Counted from the stretch's first letter, positions 1 to 13,022 are shown. The stretch: 64,000 nt of DNA from Tubulanus polymorphus (GCF_964204645.1 NC_134026.1:23098150-23162149), one strand, 5' to 3'. Notes: generated from the letters alone by a model not told the origin. Program-made: numbers and translations.

Positions 1-2781
1 CGTTGGAAACGTAGCGACTGCCAGTCTAATTCAATATCTTAAGAAAAGCTGTGGAAACTGTCGTTAAAGACAAATGACACAATGTTTCTTCCTCATGACC
101 AGACAAATTGAAACTTTTAGTCGCCTTGGTCAATATGGTCAATACCGGGGTCAATATATAAACCATCGCTAACGAAGAACTCTCCCTCATACTATGGTTA
201 CCTGAAACAGTAAACCTGATTTTGGATAAACGAATACATGAGATTATGGCGAACGATTTCAGTAGCAGCAGGTGTGGTAAATTCCAGACTAGGCTAATTC
301 GTCCCGTGAGCCGTGACTGTGACACTGACCACAGCTGATACTCCGTGGTTCGTTTCGTTCCGAAAGAGAATTGTTGGTCGTTAATTATTCGCTCGTCGTG
401 TTGTGTTTGATACATGTGTACCCACCTGTACCCAGAGCGACATCGCCGAATACACTATTGGTGAGCTACCAAGCTGACTAATTTAGAACATATCGTTATG
501 TCAGACAACCAGTCGGTCTGAAAACATCCTTCGAAAAGAATATATAAACATTTCCAATGAACAAAAGGAAAGTTTTATCTTTTGAAATACAATCTTAATA
601 TTCAGAGTAAATTTAGACTCGTTAACATTTCGTATTACGTCAAATGTTAATACCGATCCCGAATACTGTGACGTGCATATCCTCAACAGCGGCATACTGC
701 TTTCCTAAGACGATCGGCGCACTTGCTTCATCCCCACGCAAACCATTGCGATGGCTGATTTGATTAAACGTCATCGAGTGCAATAATTTCAAATTGATTG
801 AGTGATTAATTACAGTCGCGGAGTTCGCTATATCGATAGTTTCTTTTCTTATAGCGTAGACGTCGACGTCTGGGACTGAAACCAAAATCAAACAGCTTAG
901 CGCACTTATGCAGCTTATTGATAATTCATTAACGCTGTCGAGATGATCAGATGAAGAAAGAATGAAGTCGGGATATCGTATAATCTCGTGGGATGAATAG
1001 CAAACCTAAACCGATTCGCGGGACAAATAGCAACCCACAACTGATATTGAAGGTCCCTGATATTTCTAATCTGAACATTTTGGCCGTTTGATATTTTCAT
1101 GTTTCGTACTCATGTGCCGTGAAAACTCTAACTCTTCAAAGTTTATGCCCGCATGTTTAGTGTAATTTTCGCGTTATCAACTCGGTGTGATTGAATGACA
1201 ATATGTTGTTCTTAATATGACTTAACATTGATTTCCTGGCAACTGGAACGATGCAATTGAGGGTGATTGTGAAATGCCTAGCATCACCATTTTAGACGAT
1301 TATTACAATAAAAAGTAAGATTAGGCATAACGTCTGTTAAACTCGATTTTGATGGGAAATTGATTTATGTATTCAACTGGCTAGAAGATTCAACGCTGTA
1401 TCCAATTCATGTCCGTTCAATATCTGATTTAGTGAAACGGATTGCTACCAGTCAGAATCACGATGACGTTCATCATCGTTGTCGGTGGGTGGCATTTTTC
1501 ACTTTTGAAATCACCATGGCCACTGCCTCCTGATGCGAGACGTGAAAACAGTATTCACGACCGATGAGAAAAAAATGATTTATTAATTGCAAAGTATGCG
1601 TACATTGACCATTACTAGCTAAACATTTAGTATCAGTATTTGTTTTTAACGATTCCTTTAGAGTTGGAAATGAATTTTCAAGCTGTAAATATAATGTACG
1701 GACTAGCCGGTTTTAAAAATGAACTTACAAAAATTTACCATTCGCTTGGTTCGCGCTTGGAGTTCACGTTTAGAAATGCAATCATCGTAATATAGGCGAA
1801 CGTAAAGACTTAGATAATTGGCTTAGTTTTTAACTTCACAAGTCATATAATTATACTTGTAGCCGCACTTTTGCCATCGACTCACATATCTAATCTCTAA
1901 GTCACTTCAGAAATATATAATAAGAACCAGCAGATACGATATGCGATGCTATAACTATAAAAATCGTATCGGTATCATCATTTTCGATTCCAAGATCAAA
2001 TTAAGTATGCAGAAAAATATTAACTTACCGATGGAACATTAACCTTTCGATTTGCGCACTGAATTCGGGAAAAATTCTGTAGCAATCACGTACCGAAAAT
2101 GAACAGATCATTAAATAAACTGCCCAAAGTTAACTGCAAACGTGTATCTCACATAGATTCTGCGTTCTGTTATGCAAATTAGTCCATTTAAAGTAAAGAA
2201 ATGGCATGCTTGATAAATTCAAGGCTGTACACGTCGCGACATGGACTTCGATATAACCCAATACGGCTCTTTATGAGATGGTAATTCGTCATATTAGCTT
2301 TGCCTGGAACGTCGCAGCATTTTCTGTTAATGATTTTCTATTTGTGTGTGTGTGGCGCAAGAAAATAATACTCAGCAGCGGCCGGGGCAAATTAAAGTTG
2401 GGCTGTTAGTATTTCCATGCATCCAGTATTATTAGGGTACATTGAACTCATCATACATTTTTTGGAAGTATCATGGTACCATGCACAAACGCACACATTC
2501 CGTATGGACGATCTCATCAATAGGTTATAGCTTCGTCAATGAACGTTTTAACACTGGTTTTAGAAAACTTGGTAACTTATTGCCAGCTAACGTAATGAAG
2601 TCGATCTTGCCTTTGTTGTTAGTCTCCCGGATAGATTAGAATCACTAATTCCGAGATAGGAGGGAATACGCGAAAAGCAGTGTCGTTGATCAAGGGTATG
2701 TCTTACAGCCGTTTCTCCATACACATTCCGATATCAAATGAGAAGTAAAAAATCGATCGTTTATCAATACATGTACATTTT

Positions 2782-2787
2782 TTTATT
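2782..2787 (-). terminator. Candidate polyadenylation signal (AATAAA) of NXN, implying a 3' UTR of about 1.35 kb
   Basis: tttatt on the + strand, at the end of a minus-strand U-rich stretch that starts at the NXN stop; composition becomes more CpG-rich left of about 2760. Confidence 0.4.
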
Positions 2788-3851
2788 CAAAAGATTCCTT
2801 ACAGATACATTATCATACATTTACAATTGTTTGCAGCGCGAGCAGAAAAAATCTATTTGCATAGAGAACATTTTCGAAGCAATATATACAAAAAAGGTTG
2901 CACAGCAGGCTTTTAGATAGGTCCTACAAAAGGTACAATATTTTCATTACAATATCAGCATAGTAAACACATTCATCTATATTTCAGTATTTCAGTCATA
3001 TAACACAAGTCGAACTAATCTCATTTGAAGTATTTGTATTTGATGTTGTAGTAAAAGCTGTAGATGTTTCGAACAGCAGTTTTTTACCATAAGCCATTAT
3101 CAATTACGATTATCACTTTCCGAGACTCCTTACAAGTCAAAAGTAAATGAAAAAATATGAGCAGCACTGAACATAAATGGCAAAACTTACAACGCGAGAC
3201 ATTAGTCTTATATGGTTCTGCATTAACTGGTAAAACTCACCAATAAGTCAATAAACCACCAATTTCCATTGGACTTTCTTTTATTAACGGGTCAGCTGTA
3301 TATTATCGTGTTTTAGACAGACTGCTAAAAATAACTTCAGTTATGAATTGTAAACGGTTTAAGTATAATTAAAAAGAAAAAAAAAACAAAGTTGACAAAA
3401 CAAACGAGCTATAAATATGATCAGCTGGCATAGCCAAAATACATGTACCTTTAGTGATATCTAAAAGCAGCATGATTCTGTAGCGAGTGAGACCATGATG
3501 GTGAGACCAGGCACAGTAAAATGATTCACTGAATCCATACCGGTAGTTAAATGCAGTTGAGCACAGAAACAAATAGCACAGAAAAATAAATCCATTGAAA
3601 AACACATTTCAGATCTTGATCGGGATTCTAATAACAAAATAATCTTTAAAAAAACCCTAGTAAACCTTTTTTAAGAAATATTGGAAATTGAAATAAGGCC
3701 GTGTTTTCACAAAATAAAACAATGAGACACTTCTTAATTTGTATTTTACATTCTGATATCGATTTCTTGAATTTTTCAGAAAGGCTCATACATCGAATAC
3801 ACAGCCTCAACCTTCAAGGACCAAGCACAATTCAGCAAAAACTATAATTCA

Positions 3852-4004
3852 TAACGTAGTAACCGCTTAATTCAGATCATTTGGGACCAAAAAATTAATC
3901 CGGTTTACGGGAAATCCTGTCATTTTCTTCTTTATATATGAACAAATGGACAGCAAATAATGTGCGGATTAGACCAAAATCCAGATTAAGCGGATTAGGC
4001 TGTA
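3852..4004. mobile_element. MITE-like (Tc1/mariner/pogo-type) remnant in the NXN 3' UTR
   Basis: Inverted repeats ccgcttaattcagat (3863) and atccagattaagcgg (3979-3993); right end ...ctgTA. Confidence 0.5.
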
Positions 4005-4132
4005 GTACTACGAACATGAGTTTGAAGACGCATATACACATAGGACGCACCAATAGCAAAAACTACATTCTCCTTTTTGGTTACTAGCTATCAATATTTA
4101 CACTTAAACTTATTAATCTCATTCATCGTTTG

Positions 4133-4354
4133 TTATACGTTGTTATCATCGACGCCATTTTTATCATCAACATCGATAATTCGTGGTTGTAACTGTCCAG
4201 CTTCGTATTTTCGTATAAAATCCCGCACGTCCTGCTGAGCGATTGTACAAGCTTCAGAAACATACAGTTTCCTCTCTGGAATGTCTGTGATAACTAAAAT
4301 TGGGTTGCGGTCTTCGAGCGCAATGAAGTCTCGTAAAGTATCGCACACTTCATC
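4133..4354 (-). CDS. NXN: NXN exon 7 (last coding exon)
   Basis: ctccag|DEVCDTLRDF...KNGVDDNNV, then TAA. Confidence 0.9.
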   Translation of the reverse strand, partial: DEVCDTLRDFIALEDRNPILVITDIPERKLYVSEACTIAQQDVRDFIRKYEAGQLQPRIIDVDDKNGVDDNNV

Positions 4355-7300
4355 CTGGAGAAAAAAATAATTAAACACCAGGTATCAAGAACCTTTTTTA
4401 TCAATAAATTAACACTTATACAATTTTAACTAATGGTCCAGAGACAGCATGGTCATTTAGTGAAATGCCTGACAATTTCTATATTTAATGCTCCTGCTGA
4501 ACAAACAAAGTAATTATTGACCTAAAATCTCACCACAATTCATTAAGTTAACAAAATATACATAAGGTACAGACATGTATGGAAATACCATGCTATCCTT
4601 GACTTTTTGAACAAAAAGGCCAGAAGACCCATCCCACAAAAACTTAACAAATGCGTAAGTGCTAAATTTGAAGTCCGCCATCTTGTGCAAGTGGGTTTAA
4701 AAATCTTACATCTCCTCCATAGAAAAAGAATAGCTCCTGGTCTTGTCCCTTAGTGTGATGTTCATCAGCAATTTCTTTAAGAGTTGACATAGCCATTCGT
4801 TTATCATCTTCCTCGCCATCTACAACATCAAGATTATATCGATAAACATCAAGCATTGTTTCAACGAGCCAGAATTCTAATGACATAAGGCTAATTTGTG
4901 CGATTATGTAGGAGAAGGAAAACCTACCAGTGAATAAAATCAAGCAAGCAGCCTCATTCACTTGTGGTACCAAGAAATCGTTCAATTCATAAAGCGATTT
5001 TGAATGCCAGGGAAAATCCTGTAAAAATTAGATATTATAAAGACATTTTTCAATATAAACCATTCATATACATATATATGTACCACACACATACTTCAGA
5101 CTTCATTTTTATCTATCAATTGTGTACAGCATTTCATACTTATAGAATGCACCTATTAACGCCAAGTGTTTAAGATCTACTTGACTGAAAATTGAACGAT
5201 GAAATAAAATTCGCTGACGTCAAACGGTGAATATGGTACATTTGCAATACGCAGATCGATCGGTCGGTCATATAGGAATCAATCGAAATAACGATGTATC
5301 TATTAATTTCACTTATCGTCAGCATCTATCTACGCGAGTTAATTAATTAAAATTAATCCGATAACCAACCGAACAGTCTCATTTGTGATCTAATCAGTAA
5401 ATTACCTTTCCTTCCGGATCCATCGTCACCGCGACGCGGCCATTTTTTGTTATCACTTTATCATTTTCATCCACTATTACTAGTGACGGTATACCTGAAT
5501 AATGTATACATGCAAAACAACTTAATGGACTCCAGAAAGTCTGATGGAATATCATGATCGACAATCATATGAAATCAACTTGGTAGTTAGTAAGCCGTCA
5601 TCATTTGTTCTATTGAATGTAACTCGAGTCACTCAATCAGCGGGTTGTAAGGACCTAACTTAGGCTTACGATCCTCAATTCTGTTTCATTATATGTGGAA
5701 AAACTTTCGTGATGATAACTGTTTCAATGAGGAACCTCCAATGCTCCGGTGGCAGACAAGGATGCGCCAGGTTCACTAGTAGTTACTCGGTCTTCGGGGT
5801 TCAATTTCTTCTACATTTCCATAAAAACCGAATGAACTTTTCTCTAAGATAGATCAATCATTCATGAAAACTATTATACCCATATACGAGCAGAAAAATG
5901 AATTGAAAGTATATTTGGTGGGTCATATGATAATGTATGGATTCAGGAGCCTAAAATTTCAGTTAGAAGTTCATTAACAATGACCTAATTTTGACAATGA
6001 ATAGCTGGGGGATTAACTTGTGTTGCAGCACCCCATTGCTCTGATGCGTAACAGATACAAGAGCTTAACAAAATATCTTTTAAAAATTTCTTTATTCTCA
6101 ACGAGTTGATTGTAGGATCTATCACTTCGTGTCATCGATCATCTTCTCTTCGAGATGATAAAACATTGACTGCTTGCATTTTGACTATTGATTCAAGTAC
6201 CTGCAATGTAATCGTAACTATTATCGAAATATCAAAACCCATCAATCACTCACCACTTATCGTAAACATTGTCGTCAATTTTTTACACCTCTCATCACCG
6301 AACGGTATCGCCAGCCAGGGCATCGTTGAGAAATATTCATCGAATGAACTTTCGCTTCGATCCGACGACACGAAAATTATTTCGAAGTTTAAACCATCTT
6401 CTTTCAGTTTGTTGTACGTTCGACATAGATTCGGAGTCAATGCTTTACACGGCGGACACTGAAAATGAACATGACAAAAACCACTCTTAAACCGAAATAA
6501 ATGTAAATGTTATTAGTAACACAAAAGCATTTTATGATGGTAATAAATAAACTAATGGTTGCGGCAGAGCAAAGCCCCTCACATGATGTACCCGATTTTT
6601 CCCATTGCTACCAATGAATCTCATAGCGGCAGAGAATGCTTTTCTTTATGCATACTAGCCATTTAAAATAAATGCTCTCCACACTTCCTAGGGTTCTTAG
6701 TAAAGTGCGAACTATTTTGTTATCAGTTGAATTCACAGATGCATCAGGTGTACACACAGAAACCCATCAGATATATCTGCAGTACTGTAACGAACCATCC
6801 AACCGATAAAATAGTGAGAGAGAGACCTTCCGCAGCAATGCTTTGTGCGATTACGCAATTAGATTTTTGACTGAATTAATCTTCTACAGCGACATATCTC
6901 CAGTAGACAAATCGCTTTAACTTAACAAAATCTAAGACGCATAATCTGCCGTGTAAATGCGTTTCTTTGATAAAATGCCATGCACAGTGCCGTGCCATGT
7001 TTAACAGAATGCAACTTGCATTTTCGAGAAAGTAAAAACAGCTAATGCCAGCTATAAATATACGGCAATACCCACCAACAAACCTCTGAATGGCCAATAG
7101 GGAGGAAGGAGTCAATGTGGTTTTAATCCACTTAAGATTATTTTTGATGAGTAATTGCCTTTATTGATTCAGTGGCTTCATCAACATCAAAGGCAGCATA
7201 TTACAATTCTACTTTATACTTGTCATTGAGACAGTACATTAGTTGTCTGTGAGGTCGAAGTAGGTTGATTAAATGAAGCATCTCCATGTAGATTTGTGTG

Positions 7301-10300
7301 CAAGTCTCTTCATCATAATTTTAAGTACGAGTACCAAATAACAGTCTTTTGTTATGGGAGTCACTGGAACTTTGAGAGTATATTTTCTTTGAAAGGCCTA
7401 GGTTATCAATACTCTCGCAGTATAGTTGTTGGGAAGTATATTCCTTGCCAATTCCAAACTGAATATGAATTTATCCTTCCTTCTACTCAAATTCAATGAG
7501 CGACTAATACTTTTCTTCTGATCCAGGACCCAGGTTGATTTACAAACATATGTACTACTAGTGTGTGGAGGCCTTTATACTTCAAAACTTACCCAATTGG
7601 CTGAAAAATAAATTCCTTTTACTTTTCCTTGAAGAGTCCGAGATTCGACAAGTTCTCTTTTATCATTCAGTAGTGGTCCCGAGATTGTCTCCATCAATGG
7701 TTTTGGTTTCCATGGATACTGTTTCCCGTCTGGGTCATTAAGTACGATACTGCGGCCATCATCAGTCAGTTTGGCACCAGAGGCGCCGTCCAGTAATATT
7801 AAAGTTGGAATGCCTTGGACTTTGAATTTCTTATTCAACTTTGCCTGAAATCATAGTAAAATTCATAATGATAATAGATACTTCAAACAAAACATCACCA
7901 TATTCAGCCGGAACTGGGAATATTTTCCAAAAAAATACTTTCGAAGTCATTAACATTGGCATTAATGAGGAGGTGAAATGGCTTCATAATTTGTAAATTC
8001 AGGTGTAACTCTACTGTGTATTCCATCATGTGTGATCAGTTTGTACACCATCTGGTACACATCACTGCAGACTGCAAGTTTGTTTAGTAAAATGAAAGTT
8101 GTTTTTAAGCAAAGCCTCGAAGAAAAGGAAGCCATCAAAAATAACAATACCGACAAAACTACGATACATAAAACGACTATCAATGACACGAAATGAGGGC
8201 CTGCCAAATATCTGCCCAGCTCAATCACTGGGATTTTTGGTAAGAAAACAGGCCACAATGGCTATGATTCGAGCAAAAGATTCTTAATTATTCATACTTT
8301 GCACAGTTTCAATGATTTATTTGTCACGTATAATTGGACTTCTATATTCAAAAGCACAAGTTAAAAGCCTATTCATAATTCAACAACATCAAATTGCATG
8401 CGTCCCGGCTGGAAACTTGAGCACAACTTACCACTGACCTAACTGAATTGTGAGAGAAGAGAGAAATCATGAAAAATCATCACATAAAATAACACTTAAA
8501 TTGTCTATTTTTGTGAAAGAAAATAAATCAAATTGAAGTCTGATAGGCCTTTGGCTTGAATGCATGATTTGAAATAGGACACACTGATCACCAAATAATC
8601 CTCATCCAATTCTAACTGACTTGAACTTGTAACTTCTAGTTGATTACGTCATAATCAATTTTGCCTTAACTGATGCAGAACTCTCAATCTGCAACAGGTC
8701 CGAAATCCCAGCACATGTACACATGATGTAAATTAAAAGCAAAGCAATTAGGATAAGAAAGGTGGATGGAGATGATAAGGAAATTATCAGCAGGTAGAAG
8801 TAAGCAAAGATAACATACTGACAACCAGTGAAATTGAAACATATAGGGCTTCGTACTAACATCCCATTTCAGACTACAAACATCCCATTTCAAACTCAGT
8901 TTATTCATCTTCACTGTACTTCGCCAAGAGAATTTAAGTTTAATAAGTACAGATTTGGTAAATTTCTAGGAAGATTCTGAACTAAAGGATAGCACAGTAC
9001 AGGCCTACAGCTACTTGTAACTTTTAACAATCGCAACTACTCAAAAGAACTGATTTTTAAGAACAAAATATGCTTTCACGTTCAATGAATGCTGCAGAGT
9101 ACGGCTGGATTTTTATTTCGACGTGGAAACAAAATCGATTCGCACACATTGCAAAGAATTTAGCAAAAATGCCACGGAAATGTTGCCCTTTTTTATGAAC
9201 ATATGTCGAAACAATACTGAAGCAAACCCCTGCCGTATCAATCAGTCAGTCTAGACTTGCCAACTCACCTGACTTACACAGCTCATTTCTACCCCTTTGG
9301 CTCTTATTATATGTATATATACATAGTTGCAATTCACCAACGCCAAGATTCTTAATATTATTGTAAGAAATTTCCTAACTGCCATTTCATTTGCATAAAC
9401 AGGTTAACCGCTCTATACCAACTGATACTTAATGCAATCGTTAATCAGTCTGCTTAATACTCGATGTAATTAAGTAGAAGGGGAGCCAATGATGAGATGA
9501 AAAGATGACATCAAAAGCCCTCATGAAGAAAAGAATGTTGGGATAATTGGCTAGACTGCAACATCTGGAATTGTAAGTTAAGTTCCTATTAAGTATCTGC
9601 ATTAGCTTGAAAACAACATCAGGCTACTCTGTGTGTACGCATCTCTGTCCAGTGGTAAATCCACTTGACTGGTGTTACTCTTTTAGTACTGTAAACCTAT
9701 CAGCACTGCACAAACATCGGAAACTCACTAAGACTCACTTAGAGACTCAGGCGCTTGAAAATTCTAAACCTTTTCGATAGGATGAAATGTCTACAAAAAG
9801 TAGAATAAGGCCTAACATAAGCATATGAGTAGGATGGCGTAGGCTAACTCTGAATATCTTGGAATAGCTTGGTTTCATACATCTTGATTCTGGTAAAATA
9901 GCGGCTGAACTACCGTTTCCATCTAGAAGCCTACAGGAATGGTGTCATAACATTTCCATTCAATTGTAGTTAGGCCTAATTGGGATTCAAACATGCAAGC
10001 ACTGCATCCCGCTACAATGCTACAACCAATAAGGCCAGATATGGACTCATATAGGCCTAGGCCTATAGGCAACATAACTTTTTTAAGCTCTTCCACTTTT
10101 TTAGCTTCTAACGTATTAACGCATAGGCCTAACCCTATGCTAACCCTAATCCTCAACCTAACCCGTCTGTCGTCTGGACCGTAGCCCTTATTTTTTGCAG
10201 TTGAAAAAGCCGCCATTTTGTTTACTTACAACGTGTGAGACAACGCCACAATCATACTGCTGGGTCCAGTTTCTCGAAAAAGTAAGGCCTTTTCGCCTTT

Positions 10301-11115
10301 AAAGTAAATTTTCGGTTTAATTGCTATTGGTTATTTCATATTTTCAATGAGGACAACAATTCAAACTTAGGGCCTTACCGTTTTAAGCTTCAACTATTTT
10401 ATGAAAATGAACCCTCAAGATGGAAACATACGCCAGGTTTGATTTTGACCGGCATGGACCAATTGACGTCATGGTGAACAGTATGTGTCACACTTACTTC
10501 CAGAATACCAGTAGGCCTATCTACCAAGATATTCAAACTTTTTTCCTTCTTTTGGAAGATATCTGGCAGATGGATATTTTGTCATTGATGTTTCCCACAA
10601 TTAAAATTATCAGTTGGCCTACAGCATTGCAGGGAACACTGCAAGACAGGTAAAATTGCTAAGATAGAACTGAGAACCATGAAGGGCATATGTTGCAATC
10701 ACATCAGCTGAAATTGTGTCAAAAATTGTATCTTTTTTCAAACCTAAGTTTGTAAAAGTTCTTCGTTTTGCCATGGCACTTTTTTAAGTGTACCTTGCAA
10801 TCTATGTTGCATTACCTTACGATCACGGTCTACATACGGCAAAACCAACCACGGCATTTCATCATAATATTCCAGAAAGTCATCTTCCGATTTATCCCAA
10901 CTTATATAGATTATCTCTAAACTTCTATCACTGTGATTCTGTCTGAAATTTTCGTAGAAATCCACCAACTGAGGGGTGAAAATTCTACACGGCGCACACC
11001 AATCTGCAGAAAAATACAGGCCAACAATTTTGCCCTCACCGAACAGTTTATTCACGGGAATCTGGTCGCCGTTTTTGTTTTGAACATAATCTCCAAGTAT
11101 ATCCAAACAAGCCAT
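4133..11115 (-). CDS. NXN: Nucleoredoxin (three thioredoxin-fold domains), 7 coding exons, about 422 aa: complement join(10816..11115,7593..7844,6254..6458,5406..5494,4928..5018,4710..4819,4133..4354)
   Basis: Exons join in phase through GT-AG introns to 1269 nt. Motifs: GLYFSADWCAPC, LEIIYISWD, MPWLVLPY, QGIPTLILLD, YPWKPKP, GIYFSANW|CPPC, FEIIFVSSDRSE, MPWLAIPF, FPWHSK, and a C-terminal b'-like domain (CLILFTD...LFFFYGG...LRDF). The order is collinear with vertebrate NXN as recalled. Confidence 0.95.
4710..4819 (-). CDS. NXN: NXN exon 6
   Basis: ttgtag|AT GGC..., encoding DGEEDDKRMA...LFFFYGGD; donor GTAAGA. Confidence 0.88.
4928..5018 (-). CDS. NXN: NXN exon 5
   Basis: ttttacag|DFPWHSKSLYELNDFLVPQVNEAACLILFT; donor G|GTAGGT. 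Confidence 0.9.
5406..5494 (-). CDS. NXN: NXN exon 4 (not in the ORF track)
   Basis: attcag|GT ATA CCG..., encoding GIPSLVIVDENDKVITKNGRVAVTMDPEGK; donor AAG|GTAATT. Confidence 0.92.
6254..6458 (-). CDS. NXN: NXN exon 3 (catalytic CPPC)
   Basis: Acceptor ttttcag|TGT CCG CCG TGT; donor G|GTGAGT, phase 1. Confidence 0.93.
7593..7844 (-). CDS. NXN: NXN exon 2
   Basis: Acceptor tttcag|GCA; AKLNKKFKVQGIPTL...YFSANW; donor GTAAGT. Confidence 0.93.
10163..10216 (-). CDS. NXN: Candidate alternative first exon of NXN (MAAFSTAKNKGYGPDDRR)
   Basis: ATG lies within a perfect YY1-type CAAAATGGCGGC; phase-0 donor CGG|GTTAGG is compatible with exon 2. Confidence 0.45.
10262..10414. mobile_element. Degenerate MITE-like element
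   Basis: Imperfect terminal inverted repeats gggtccagtttctcgaaaa and ttttatgaaaatgaaccc. Confidence 0.4.
10816..11115 (-). CDS. NXN: NXN exon 1 (first Trx domain, WCAPC)
   Basis: ATG at 11115; ends DRDRK with donor AAG|GTAATG; 100 codons. Confidence 0.93.
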
Positions 11116-11223
11116 GACAGAATATATGGCCAGACATTCACGAATAACGCCTCAATTGGGCCACAATTTATGGAGCCGGTTGAACAAGCAGCTCTTCGCG
11201 CACGGTTTAGGTCGTCTAATGGA

Positions 11224-11368
11224 TCAGGTGGTGGCGCCACCACGTGGCCTCAACAGTAACTATAAAACTGTCACCTCGCTCAAATTCATGGCTAGAAGGT
11301 GGCGTCGTCTACGGTGAATCTTCCTACTAAATTGAGTTGAAAAACTAGATGGCAAAACCACTGACTCA
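11224..11368. promoter_or_regulatory. NXN proximal promoter/boundary with clustered CTCF-like motifs
   Basis: CCACGTGGTGGCGC (minus, 11234-11247), CTAGAAGGTGGCGT (11292-11305), AAACTAGATGGCAA (11342-11355), and an AP-1 site TGACTCA (11362-11368). Confidence 0.45.
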
Positions 11369-13022
11369 GTAATAAAACGGCCATGGCAAAACAAATGATG
11401 CTTTTCGGGTTTTCTATCGTTAACGAGTTTTTTTTTACCAGTGATAGAGCTTAATTGGCACTTGAAAATAATTTGATGCGTTAGAAAATTGAATGAAGCA
11501 TTTTATAGTAACTATTAGGAATAAAATTTTAGGGAAATTCACATGGCAGAATCAGAATACCCGTAACTATTATTCAATTTAGCCTATGTATAGTTTGAAG
11601 TCCTATTTGTGAATTCTAACTATGTCAACAACCAGAGTCGGTGCAGTGTGATCGCGTTGTAAAGTGGGATCTCATCTAGCTTCACCCTCTCCGAATTTTT
11701 TTTTGTTCTGTTAAAAGTTGGAAACGAAATGTCAAAGTTTTTACGAATTGCAATTTTCTTGACGCCGTAATTAACCTGTTACAATGATATTTTTTGTGGG
11801 GAGTCGATATGAAGTACGTCGACGCGTTCAAGAAAACAAAATACACAATTTATGAGTATATCAAGCGTTGTGATTTAGATATTTCATGACTAATTCTATT
11901 GAATTTATGTCTTTAATCGAGCTGAATTTTTGAGTGGATGTGCATCGCACTTTACATCATCAAGCTTGACTGGTTTAAATCAATTATCGATGTTCCAAAG
12001 AATTGAATTGTAACCTTTGATATTTGTCATATGCATCAGCAATGTTGGGTTATTTTTCAAGGCAACGTTAATGAACTTAATTTCAAGTTAATTTCTAGCG
12101 TTGTCTTCTTGTTAAATGTGTTTGACGAGAGTGAAGCTACTAGTAGATTCCACAGAGAAAATGGATTCGGATTAAAATAAATGATTTAAAAAATGTTCCT
12201 GTAAAAGGAAAGGTTTCGTATTTTATGTTGTAGAATACATATTTGATGGATATACATTTTAGGCCTATAATCCGTATCAGGTACTAGGATTTGAAATCAA
12301 TTTTGAAGAACATGGAATTGAGTCGGCCCTCGGATTTTACCCCATGAAAATAAAGATCTATCAAAAGTTTAAAAGCGATATATCTTTTGATAACTTTATT
12401 TAACAATAAAGATTATGTTTAAATGATTTAGGTTTATGTATTTTATGCTGCGCTGAGGAGATGGGGAACGTAATTTCCTGATTTAGCAAATTCATAATAG
12501 CGGAAATTACTCATCAAAATACGTGTTGCAATATATAGCCAATGGGAAGGAACGTAACGAAACATTTCTATTTCCTGGAAATTCAATCGATTGTACGTCC
12601 TCCTGTTAGGATCTAGCGCACCTATTGTCCGCACTTAAATTTGACAAACACCAGTCGTGCATAGATAGAATTTTTATTCGAACAGCTTGTTACTCAAAGA
12701 AAGTATATGTGTATTTTGTTATTCGAAGCGTAATAAAGGAAACCTCACAGCGCCGAATTAAACCCGAAAATACGTACGAAAGGAGGGATGAAGCCGCATC
12801 CCAACACAGCCTCCCTATGCTGCAATACATTGTCAGCCATGACTGAGATAGTGAAGTGATGTTTTGACCGGCTACGGAGTAGAAAGGGAAACTGTCTATC
12901 TAATACAACATCGGTACGGATTCTTCATTGGGCCATGTTCATTCGGAAGGCCGATAACCATTTTCGGTATTTCTTACACATCAAGCGCTTGGTGTCAGCC
13001 TTCATTTAGATTTCGTTAGTGG

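Noticed and set aside
4820-4927. In-frame, stop-free 108-nt NXN intron read as coding by the ORF track
   Set aside because: It has canonical GT-AG ends and removing it restores collinearity with NXN; there is no evidence for retention.
12461-12481. MGNVIS start resembling a myristoylated dystonin-a3-type N-terminus
   Set aside because: Stop codon after 6 codons and no convincing phase-compatible donor.
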